Positions 40,791 to 52,661 of a stretch of DNA of 64,000 bases are shown here, in pieces; positions within the stretch are counted from its first letter, which is position 1, and every line of letters begins with the position of its first letter. The stretch is from Octopus sinensis (taxonomy: Eukaryota): assembly GCF_006345805.1 (NCBI RefSeq), contig NC_043021.1, positions 372,001 to 436,000 on the forward strand. Direction: 5' to 3'. Made by a program: the position numbers and the translations under genes. The notes under the pieces are model-generated. The model was not told where the DNA came from. It saw only the letters and a list, made by a program, of their open reading frames with translations, and searched no databases.

Positions 40791-41889
40791 GCCATTCAAT
40801 GACTTTGTCAAAGAGTTTAAAGACATCTGCTTTAGAGTGCATAAAACTATACTATAGTTTTCTGCATTACGCAATTATTTTTTAATCAGACTTTAATCAA
40901 TAATTTAACTATGAGCGTTGGTGAATGCATGTGTGTAGTGGGGTGGGGAACTTTTTAGTTTGGGAATGTTTCCTTTCTTGCGATTTCGTTGCTTGAAATA
41001 TGCAAACCGCCACCACTTCCACCACCAAGACCAGTTCCACTACCATTTCCACCCTCATCATAATCATCAGCAGCAGCAGCAGCAACATAACCACCACACC
41101 CATCATAACCATCACCATAAGCTCCATCACTACCACAACAATCATTATCCCCGACCAACACCAATAAGAACAGCACCGCCACCGCAGCTATAACCACTGC
41201 CAGCACTACTACCAATACTGCCTCCACCAACCCCACCCACACAACTTCCACATCCCCCCATTATCCCCACCCTCATCCTTCTGTCATTTTCCTCGTCGAC
41301 CCTCTCAACGACACTCACACTGCAGCTTCTACTACAATCATCACTACTATCGCCAACATCACCGCCATCAATAACAACTCTATCACCAGTGTAGGTCATG
41401 GATGGATTGCCGTTGCTGATAGACCAGTTCAAACAAGCCTGGTTCCTTGAGTTAAACAACAACAACAACAACAGTCCCTTCTCTTCATATATGTCTGTCT
41501 GCATGTCTACATATTTCTATATCAACGAGGAATGTTGAACGAGAAAATAGCATTGCCCTCATCTGATGTATTCAACTGATTAATCACTTGAAAGATGTTT
41601 CTGGATGATAATGGTAGGGGGTTGGGGAGAAGGCGAAGGGGGAGGAGGGAATCATTGTTGTCACCACACCTCCTTTACTCTGACTTGTGCGTGTGTGTGT
41701 GTACACACACACACACATATATCAGACACATTCTCGAATATATGCGCATACGTGCATTTATGCAGGCATACACACACGCACACACACACGTACATGGGCA
41801 ACTATGGGCAATAAAGAGTTAAAGGTGCAATCTTCCAATGCAACATATATTATTGCTAAAAATAACAACGTTATTTATAGGAACGGATG

Positions 41890-42420
41890 ACCTGAGATAT
41901 ATATAAATAAAAATACTTCAACTGTTAAAAGCACATATAAATAAAAACAAGGAATAACGTTAGAACAATCCCATCAAAACCTTTGTCGGGTGCCAACGCA
42001 CCAGGCCTAATATAATTGCTACACAGAAGAAACATTATGTACAATTATAGAGATCAGCTGCCATACAGATGTGAACGTTTTTCATTTTCTAAAATCAGTA
42101 AAAATGATAATTACGGATAACTGCTTGAAAACCTACAGTAAACATATCCTCTTAAACCTTTATTTATGTCATAATAATCCTTGATTAAATATCTCAGTGA
42201 CAGTCTCTAAAATCTGGGGTTTGTCAAGCAAAGAATGTGATCAACTGCATTTCGCAAATACAGGTTTCTCTAAGAGGAACAGTGAAATTTAGCATGACTT
42301 TTCTAAAGTTCAGCATAAAATTATTCAGTGGTTTATCATCTATATTCCAGAAATATCGCTTTGTTTTTGTATTAGAGATCAGCTCGTTTTCTAGAGGAAG
42401 GATTCAAGTAATAAAGCAGT
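41890..42420 (+). mobile_element. RLE-type LINE 3' fragment (same family as 1871-2200 and 46450-47352)
   Basis: NNPIKTFVGC...LCTIIEISCH...QVSLRGTVKFSMTFLKF plus the shared 3' UTR. Confidence 0.6.
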
Positions 42421-42709
42421 ATTGCCGTCGTCGTCAACATTATTACTATCGTCATTGATGTCGTCGTTGTCATCGTCGTCATCATCACCATCATCATCAT
42501 CGTCGTCGTCGTCATTGAGTTTGCCCTTGAGTCATATACTGTTCGATTTTAAGATAATTCACATGCATGTACACATCATACATGCATACATACATACACA
42601 CATACACACATATATACATACATACACACATACATACATACATACATACATACATACAACATACATACATACATACATACACACATACATACATACATAC
42701 ATACATACA

Positions 42710-42875
42710 TTGGAAGCACTCCGTCGGTTACGACGATGAGGGTTCCGGTTGATCCGAATCAACGGAACAGCCTGCTCGTGAAATTAACGTGTAAGTGGCT
42801 GAGCACTCCACAGACACGTGTACCCTTAACGTAGTTCTCGGGGATATTCAGCGTGACACAGAGAGTGACAAGGCC
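42710..42875 (-). mobile_element. SINE family B 3' half
   Basis: Reverse complement of 9700-9845. Confidence 0.8.
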
Positions 42876-42935
42876 GGCTCTTCAGGAAGTAAGAGTGAGA
42901 GGAAGTTGTGGTGAAAGAGTACAGCAGGGATGTAT

Positions 42936-42970
<35 letters not shown>

Positions 42971-43617
42971 TACATACATACATACATACATACATACATA
43001 CATACATACATACATACATACATACATACATGCATGGATGCATGTATGTATGCATGCATATATCCATGCATGCATACATGCATCCATCAATCCATCCATA
43101 CATACATGCATACATAGAGAAGTTGCATACCTTCACCATGCAAGGCTTTCTGTTTATCGACAGGTCGGGCAGATCAGACAAGTCGGGCAGGTTGGGCATG
43201 GCTATGTTGTCATAGTTTCCAAGTGTCAGGTCCATTAATAAGCAAAGTAGTCTATCTCGGATTAATAACCTGGATATATTAGTTTTCATTTTAAAGAAGA
43301 TATATTTTGCAATCCGGAAACAAGACATAGCAACAGGCTTGATGTACAACAGAGATAGAACACGTATGTATATGTAAGAGCCGGTGCAGACTCTGGAACC
43401 GGCACCGTATAACTAACTTGGGTCACAAGTGGCCGTCTGAAAATGTCATCACGTTACCATCAATCTATGAACGTGGCTTTACATTTATACCAGTAATTAT
43501 AACTGGCTCAGCACCAAACTTGACTTATTTGGAAATTATATACGTACACAAAAACGCAGATACATATACATAGATATACAAACATATACATATACACACC
43601 CACATATATACGCATTC

Positions 43618-43680
<63 letters not shown>

Positions 43681-43804
43681 CATTATATACATATATATAT
43701 AAATGCCTACATTTATATGCATACACATACATACATACATACATATATACATACATACATACATACGTACATACATTCATACATACATTCGTACATACAT
43801 ACAT

Positions 43805-43925
43805 GTCGTTTATGTCACAGTTCTGCGGATGACATTACATTACACATGAGATATGAGCTGCCCCAAAAATCCATTTCCTTCCCAATGCGACACGACGTTG
43901 TCGCTAAAACAAACTTTCATAATTT
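43805..43925 (+). mobile_element. RLE-type LINE knuckle fragment
   Basis: [12 protein letters not shown]...[10 protein letters not shown]; matches 46452-46570. Confidence 0.6.
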
Positions 43926-43957
43926 GCAAAGTAAACACAGCGATATCAATCGGCACA

Positions 43958-44062
43958 CTGCCTCATGAAGGTTATTGGTAGCACGTACTGAGCACGTAAC
44001 TGTGTGCTACCACCTGTTGGCGCGCTACAGAACTAGTCCGGGAACTTTTTGATACCACCTCG
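43958..44062 (-). mobile_element. Mariner terminal fragment
   Basis: CTGTTGGCGCGCTACAGAACTAGTCCGGGAACTTTTTGATACCACCTCG-TA matches 62340-62387. Confidence 0.75.
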
Positions 44063-44354
44063 TAAATGCACATACAAAAGGACTCTGTTACGCGAGAAAT
44101 GTATTTTAATTGAAAACATTTGCGTTTGTGAAGAAAAATTAAATTCCTGGTTTCAGAGGCTCACACCACCACCAACACAACTGTCACACCACCACCACCA
44201 CAACTGTCACACCATCATTGCTTCTACCCACTACCTTCCTCCTATCACTACCGTCTTCAGTGTAACTCTTCACTACAACAACTTCCATATTCATGCACAT
44301 ATACATACACACGCACACACACACACGCATACACTTGTATGTACATATATAAAT

Positions 44355-44560
44355 ATATTCTTTTATTTGTTTCAGTCATTTGACTGCGACCATGCTGGAA
44401 CACTGCCTTCAGTCGAACAAATCGACCCCCAGGATTTATTCTTTGTAAGCCCAGTAGTTATACTATCGGTCTCCTTTACCGAACCGGTAAGTTACGGGGA
44501 CGTGAACACACCAACATCGGTTATCAAGCGATGGTTGGGGACAAACACAGGCACACAAAT
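44355..44560 (-). mobile_element. SINE family A 3' half
   Basis: Matches 30560-30750. Confidence 0.75.
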
Positions 44561-44599
44561 ATACATGCACACATACATATATATATAAACGTATATATA

Positions 44600-46315
44600 A
44601 ACTGAAATCTTGCAAAATCAGACTTTGGCAAGATCAGTAAAACAATTTTAGATAGAGTGTTACCCCGAATTTTAAAAAATGTAGAACTCCTCTTTGGAAC
44701 TCTATCAGTGACGTAATTACATGGTTTCATTCCCTCGAGGACACACATCATATTAATTTCATCGAATTCGATATCTCGGATTATTACGCTTCAATAACAC
44801 CTAATTTACTGAGTGAAGCATTATCATTTTCTCAAAACTATACAATCATTTCTGCATCTCATATAGATATAATCTTGGCTGCTAGAAAAAGCCCTTATAA
44901 ATTTTAATGATAAAAATTGAACCCGAAATACTAACGTGGACCTTTTTGATACCTTAATGGGCTTTTCGGATTCAGCCCAAATAACAGACCTTGTGGGACT
45001 GATTCTTCTCTCAAAAATTAAGCAACAGTTTCCTAACATATTCCGGGGTCTCTATAGAGACGACGCACTTTTGGTAACTAAAAATTTATCCCGTCCGGAG
45101 ATTGAACGTACTAAGAAATATTTAATGGATTTTTTTAAATTATAATTTAATTATAGTGTTTGAAACAGATAATAAGATAGCTAATTTTTTACACTTAATC
45201 TTAACACTAATCTTCATTATCTATATAGAAAACCTAACCAAACTCTTCAGTACCTAAATGTTCTCTTTAATCATCCTAGATCAACCCTCAATGGTATGGT
45301 AACGGCTATCTCGATTAGAATTTCAAATTTATCAGCGAATGAGGAGATATTCAATACTCATGCTCCCTATTATAACCAAGCCCTAAAGTTAAGTGGTTTA
45401 AAAAAAAAAAAGAAATATTTTACATCCCTGATACAATTCTTAAGACCAAAATTGCAAATATCTTGAACGGAACTGGCCCATAAACTAGTAATGGACCTCC
45501 AATTTAGATAAATCAATTAAACATATGAAAAACAGTGCATGGATGAGGCCCGAATGAATAACATGGCATTTAAGAATTCACATAAATATAAACCTTATAT
45601 CTCCAACCAATCTAATCAGACCAGACATTTAAATTCTAGGAAACGTGAAATTATATGGTTTGCCCCGCCCTTCTCTCTTCAGGTCAAATCTTTACCCAAA
45701 TTATTTTCTTAAATACTGAAGGAAAATTTCCCTAAAAACCATAAATACTATCCTATCTGTGAAATTATCTTACTCAAAATACTTCGAATTTAGATTCAAT
45801 TTTAGCTTCCATTAATAGATCTAAACTCAGACTTAGGAAATCTATCCGCACAAATCTTTATAATGAATTTTATAAATCCAAAACTGATACTAGCTCTAAT
45901 GTCAATATTACGCCAAGTCACCCCCTGACAGTCGAGGATGATTTAACTTCTAGTAATCGGAAAATTATGTCGATGCGGGGAGGAAAAAAAATATTAAGGA
46001 GTCGTGTCTGCTAGCCGGATCTGTTTACGTAGTAATGTAGTGTATAGGTGTTCTGAAGAAATCCCTGTCACACAGAGGGTTAGAGTTTATACAGGAAGTA
46101 CTATAGACTTTAAACGTCGTTATAGGGGCCATTTGAATTCGTTTACAAACGTAAAATATAAATTTTCTATAACGTTAACTACGCATATAAAAGAACTTAA
46201 AATGGAGAGTATACAACACTCATTATCTTGGCCTGTAATAGCAGAAGCCCCGTTCCCCCATGCAACACAATTACGCGTGTATGTAAATTATGTATTAGAG
46301 AGTCCATGCATATTT
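44600..46315 (+). mobile_element. Decayed Penelope-like element: RT plus GIY-YIG endonuclease
   Basis: FDTLMGFSDSAQITDLVGL...GLYRDDAL (PLE RT) followed by VVYRC...VYTGSTIDFKRRYRGHLNSF...CKLCIRE (GIY-YIG). Confidence 0.8.
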
Positions 46316-46449
46316 ATACATCCATCGATACATACATACATACATACATACATACATACATACATACATGCATGCATGCATACATACATACATACATACA
46401 TACATACATACATACATACATACATACATACATACATACAAACGTACAT

Positions 46450-47352
46450 ATATGTCGATTATGTCACATTTCTGCGGATGACATCACACATGAGATATGA
46501 GCTGTCCCAAAAATCTCATGGAAGTCCTACATCCTTCCCAATGCGGCACGACGTCGTCGCTAAAACTATATTCAATGCCGTCCATAAAAAAAAGAATAAA
46601 TAATTAATAATCTTGGGATAAATCTACAGAATCCTATAGTTTTTGAACATCAACGCAAGAAATATTAGTGGGACATACCCATCAAAACATTTGTCAAGTG
46701 CAAACATAACAAGATGGATATAGATATTTAAAATAAAAAAGAAAAAAGTATGTACGAGGAGTCACTGGCTTTAAGGGTATCACGAAAGGCCTGGCTGGAG
46801 GCCAACCTTCCGAGTTCTTTTACAGGGCTTAAAATGCTGAAGGGCTGCTGCAATATGTATGTGAATCTGAGAGGGGAATATATTGAATAAAATCATAATT
46901 TATTGATCCTCCTGTATTTTCTTTTACCCAAGGCCAGGAACTTTTCAGAACACCGTCGTACCGTCATAAGGATGAAGTGCCCTGTTGATGTGGATATCTC
47001 TTCGAAAATCGAAATGAAATAGGATAACTACAGACAACTGCTTCGAAACCTGCAGCTTATGTACTCAGATCATAAATTCACATTTATACCAATAATAATT
47101 GGTGCATTTGGTTGTGTTAGTAAATGCATAAGTGATAATCTGGATAAGCTAGGGTTTTTAGAAATAGAAATCAACTAACTGACTCACACATTACGAACAC
47201 AATCTGTAAGTGGAACAGTAAAAAATATGCAGGACTTTTCTTAAGTTCGAAATGTGACATTGTTTTTCTTATCTACATTCCAACGATGGAGATTTGTATC
47301 TGTGTTAGAAACTAGCTCCTTCCTTATAAGAAGACTTCAAATATTCAAAAAT
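46450..47352 (+). mobile_element. RLE-type LINE 3' portion (knuckle plus REL) interrupted by a MITE
   Basis: CRLCHISADDITHEI...MRHDVVAKT; WDIPIKTFVKCKHNK; EKVC|TVIRMKCPVDV...QLLRNLQL...FIPIIIGAFG. Confidence 0.7.
46755..46958 (+). mobile_element. Mariner-derived MITE with TA target duplication
   Basis: TA at 46753-54 and 46959-60; removal restores GAA AAA GTA TGT ACC GTC ATA in the LINE; same family as 35868-36068. Confidence 0.8.
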
Positions 47353-49114
47353 AGAAGAAATACGTATACATACATGCATACAGACAGATATACATATATA
47401 CGTACACACACTCACACACACACACATATACATACGTACGTACACACAGGCACAAATACAAACATATGTACATACATACATACGCAAATATATACATATA
47501 TAAAAGTACTGTTACGTGAGAAGTGTGTTTTAACAGAAAACATTTGTTTGTGAAGAAAAAATTCAAGTTCTGGTTTTCAGAGACACACACCACCAACAAC
47601 ACAACAACTGTCACTCCATCATTACCTCCACCCCTTCAATACCTCCACCCATCAATACTCTCACCCCACCACACCCTTCCCCCAACCACTGCCATCAGTC
47701 TCCAGTTTTAACCTTCAGTACAACAACATCCATTACACTGAGTGTTTATCCAGGTTATTCTAGCTTTATCTACATTCACCGACGACTGACAGACGGAGGA
47801 GAGAGAGAGGGAGAGGTGAGCGGCAGGACAATCTGAATGGAGAAAAGTTGTGAAGTGGGTTGACAGAATGGCAGGGAGTAAAGAGAACCAGTTGAAAACA
47901 ACATAATTACTCTGGAAATGTAGCCACATCTTCTATTCAGAGGTATTAAGAGCATCATTGAAATGGTAAATAACGAACAGTCACATGTTGCCTTCTCTCT
48001 CTCTCTCTCTCTCTCTCACACCACACACACACACACTGTAAAGTGTTTGCACTGAAGAAAACTGTGCACACACTTTTATCAGCTTGTATAAGATTTCAGT
48101 TAACGTTCTTAAAATGAAACCCACACGCATCGTGGTTTAATAAAGTACTTACTGTATTTATGAGTTCAAAAGAAAAGGCAGTAAAATCCACTAGCATGGA
48201 TTTTCGATTATAAAATCGACGAGAAAATGTACGGGAACCTGTCAACAATAACCTCTTATATCATTAGAATTTCCCTCACTGACTGAGAGAGACTTCAAAT
48301 TTTGACACAAGGCCAGTAATGTCGGGGGAGGCGTAAGTCGATTAGATCAACCCCAATACTCAGCTGGTACATATTGAATGATTCTTTAATATATATAAAA
48401 GAGAGTTTGTATGTGTGTATGCGTAACTACTCATATTTCTGTGCTGTTTAGCACTATTCGTCTATACAAGATGCTTTCACAAGACAAATGTCGCAGTAAT
48501 ATTCTACGTTAGGTAGGATATCAAAGCTGTTATCCGGTACTAATACTGCTATTGTTGCAAATAATTCATTCTTACCCAGGCGCCAGCTATTTGCGACATC
48601 AGTGACCGATTATTCACTGTTTTTCTTTATATCAGTACGGGGATGTGCGGCAAGCATGTGGTGATAGTGTATACCTTCGGCTGATGACGTGCAGATGCGC
48701 AATGACAAAGTGATCTGGCAGTTCCACCGCCGCTGCTGGAGGACATTTGTGTCCGCTACTGATGTTTCTGTGCTTTTTAGTGCTCCACGTATATTCTAGA
48801 TGCTTTCACAAGACGAAAAACCGCCCTGTGGCTGGTGGGAAGATCTATAGAGGAGGGGCCTTGAAGAACAGAACAAAAATTAAAAAAAGCGGGAAGTTTA
48901 CTAGCGAAGCTGCTCCTGAAATTCCCTCGAGTATTCCCAAGAAAGACAAAACGATGACGCAGACAAAAACAACGCCAATAACAAGTCATGCCTGCAAGAG
49001 CAACAGCAACAACGAAATGAAAGGGATGTGTATGTGTGCGTGTGTGTACACACACCCATTCACACACGCATACACACACACACACACGCACGTACATATG
49101 TATATATATATATA

Positions 49115-49275
49115 GGCCTGGTGTGTTTACGTCCCCGTCACTTAGCGGTTAGGCAAGAGAAACCGTTAGAATAAGTACTAGGCTTACAAAGAATAAGGCC
49201 TGGGGTCGATTTGCTCGACTAAAGGCGGTGCTCCAGCATGGACGCAGTCAAATGACTGAAATAAATAACAGAATA
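49115..49275 (+). mobile_element. SINE family A 3' half
   Basis: CTGGTGTGTTTACGTCCCCGTCACTTAGCGG...CAGTCAAATGACTGAAA. Confidence 0.75.
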
Positions 49276-51125
49276 AATATATCAGTGGCGACTCTGTCAC
49301 TCGGGCTTGTTCGCTCTTAGTCCGAGTATGAATTTAGTAAAGTGAACGTATATTTGCAAGCTGATGTTATTTCTGCCCACACATTGCAGCCAATAACTCG
49401 GGCTCCTTTTATTGAGCTTGGTCGCAGTTCATTTATTTTCGTTCAGAGTCTGGCGGTCGTCTTAGAGGTGTTCTGTGTCAAAAAATACCATCCGTAGCAG
49501 ACGTTCTCTCGACAGTTTTCACACACGCCTGACTCGGGCTCAGAAGTTACAGCCCGAGTTGTATTCTATAATCGTAAAAATTAAAAGTAAGTCAAATTCA
49601 ATGTTTTCTTGAAACAATAAATTTCTGTAGAGATTAGGATTTAAATTCCAATCTATGAAAATTTTCCGTTCTATAATATTCTTAAAAGAAAAAGCAAAAA
49701 CTATCGAGCAAATCGAGCTAATACGAACGAGCCTTGTAGGTGTAAAACAGTTGTTGAATTCTTGCAAGACTCTTATTCTATTCTCTGTGATGAACCATGA
49801 AACATTTCTTATACGACAGATATATTCACAAAGTTCAACCTTATCAAAGTAAAACCGGCCGTCTCCCTGTTTCTGTCCAAGTTCAAATTTTATTCAAATT
49901 TTACATAATCCGTTGTTAGTTCTTTCAGTTTCCGAGCCTCTCTGAATCGGAGAAGGAAAAGTGCATACCAGAAGATGGCATTTAAGTGTGCTGTTCACAC
50001 ATGGATGAGCTGCGCAGTGACATGTCTGATAGATTTCAGGATATTCATTTTTTTATTATAATACCAGTCTGAGTGAGTTCAAGAAATCAGTTATGAAGAT
50101 ACAAAAAATATGGGAGAAGAACTGGTTTCACTTTAAATTGCATTTAGCCGAGGCCAAAGTTCAAAATAGTCATGTCAGGATTTTTTATAGCAAAAGGACC
50201 TTTCTGACTGCTGCCTTGCACTGTGGAACAAAGTCAAAATGTACTTTATTACCTTCCCAACGCCATGTTTTATAGAGTAGAGATTCAGCACAGTTGCTCA
50301 TATTTTTTCTAAACAAGGAAAGAAACTGAAAATTATTGAACGCAGCAGGGGCGGATAAAGCCGTCGGTCAATCGGGCACTGCCTGAGGGCCTGGAGCTCT
50401 TAGGGGTCCGTACTCTACATGTTAACTCTACTAAAACACACATTCAAAGGGGCCCGGTAAAGTTATGCCCGAAGGCCCTTGATACTCTCAGTCAGCCCTT
50501 GGAACCCGGGGATCTAAGTCTACTTCTTAGTACCTTTCAGTCAGGTGTTGAGCGGCTGATGTCGCTGTACAATGCGCATGTCTGCAAGTGGGGTGTAAAT
50601 TTAGTCTTTCATATTGTAAAGAGGACAAAATAATCGGTTAGGTTAAGTTTTATTAGTGAAATATAGTTATTTTGAATTTGCTATTGAAAGAGGTCTGCGT
50701 ATGTTGTTGTGAAGTGGGGGGGCACTAGGAGTATGATGTGGGTGCCAAGGCGGTGGCAATCCGAAAAAGCTTGAGAACTACTAAACTACATAGAGAAACA
50801 TAAGTTTAGCAACATTATCTAGTTTTCATAACGACATTAAAAATTGTGTATACAGGCTAAACGCATCCGTAAGTTTATCGTTAAATCTTATTGATCGTAG
50901 CGCTATGGAGCGCTTGTGGTGACACACGTTTGCATATATACCAATACAAACATACATGCACCCAGTATAGGCTTTCATACATAGGAAGACGGCAGGCAGA
51001 CAATAAGTGACGTCACAGTTTCAACGTTCTGCAAATTCGGTCAATTCATGAGTGTTGTTGTTGTTGTCCTTTACGACATTGTTGTGGATGCTGTTGGTTG
51101 TTGTTAATACTACTACTACTACTAC

Positions 51126-51231
<106 letters not shown>

Positions 51232-51234
51232 ATT

Positions 51235-51420
51235 TCTTTATTACCCACAAGGGGCTAACACAGAGGGGACAAACAAGGACAGACATAGGTATTAAGTCGA
51301 TTACATCGACCCCAGTGCGTAACTGGTACTTAATTTATCGACCCCGAAAGGATGAAAGGCAAAGTCGACCTCGGCGGAATTTGAACTCACAACGTAACGC
51401 AGACGAAATACCGCTAATTA
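51235..51420 (-). mobile_element. SINE family C
   Basis: Reverse complement of 34560-34740. Confidence 0.8.
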
Positions 51421-51730
51421 CGATAATGCTACTGTTGATTTTGTGGACGTGTTAATGACCATAACGTTCTTGATAGCCATGCTTTTTGCATTCCTTTTGT
51501 TGTTGTAGTAATGTTATTGTAAATGATGATCATGATGACGACGATAATGACTATGATGATGATGATCATCATCATCATCATCACTATCGTCGTCTTCGTT
51601 GTCGTCATCATGTTATTGCGCTTAGTTTATTTTCTTTCGCTTCCTGTTCGTTTACAAATGGCTATTTATGTTAATCGTAGCAGGATATGGGGAAGAGAGA
51701 CGTGGAGAAGAATGTGAAATGATGTTAGAT

Positions 51731-51769
<39 letters not shown>

Positions 51770-51776
51770 GAGTGTA

Positions 51777-51808
<32 letters not shown>

Positions 51809-52462
51809 CGTGCGCCATGAAATTCGAGAGAAATGAGGAGATGTGTATAATAGGCCTGGTAAATACAGGATTCCAATTTACGCAAGTTAATAATACCGCC
51901 TAGGAATTACCGCCGAAGCAATTAATAGATATAGAAATAAAATGAAAAATCAAGAAAATTCCATCAGTCACAGCAGACAATTGACACACAACCTTCATGT
52001 TAGCGCTTGCTTTAGTAAATTTCATTTCCTCTGGTTGTTTAAAGCCACAGTTTGTTTTTTTACGATTGCAAATCTCTTTGACATGATAAACATCTGTTGT
52101 TCGGCTCGGTCACAGCCACCTCTGAAATAACCACTTGAAATTGATGCTGCTGCACTTGTTTTAGCTGTTGATTCACTGAGTCAGTCGCTGACTTTCTTTG
52201 ATTAAGGCTTAGACAAAATGCCTTACTTGGTTTAGTTTCGGTCCTCTATGTAATGCGTTCAAATCTCGCCCAAGTTAACTTTGCCTTTAATTCCACACAC
52301 ATACGTGTGTATGTATGTACGTATATCTATCACTAACTTCATCATTGTATATATATATATACTAAATCCCAAAAGCCGAAAAACGAACGAAAAACAAATA
52401 CAACACGAGGATGTGGTACATGTAAATTATTAGCAGACGCTCAGGGAAGGAAAGAAAGGTGA

Positions 52463-52495
52463 TTTTACGATTCGAGCAAAGCTCTTCTTCAGAAA
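52463..52495 (-). ncRNA. Minimal type I hammerhead motif, with U at 15.1 in this copy
   Basis: Minus strand UUU-CUGAAGAA-GAGC-UUU-GCUC-GAAUC-GUA/AAA within a Penelope-like repeat (52370-52550). Confidence 0.6.
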
Positions 52496-52582
52496 CAGAG
52501 GAAAGTCCAATAGAAAAGGAAGACAAAAGGGAAAAAATCGCCAATGATTCACATGTGGTTACATTTTGAAAATATATATATG

Positions 52583-52659
<77 letters not shown>

Positions 52660-52661
<2 letters not shown>

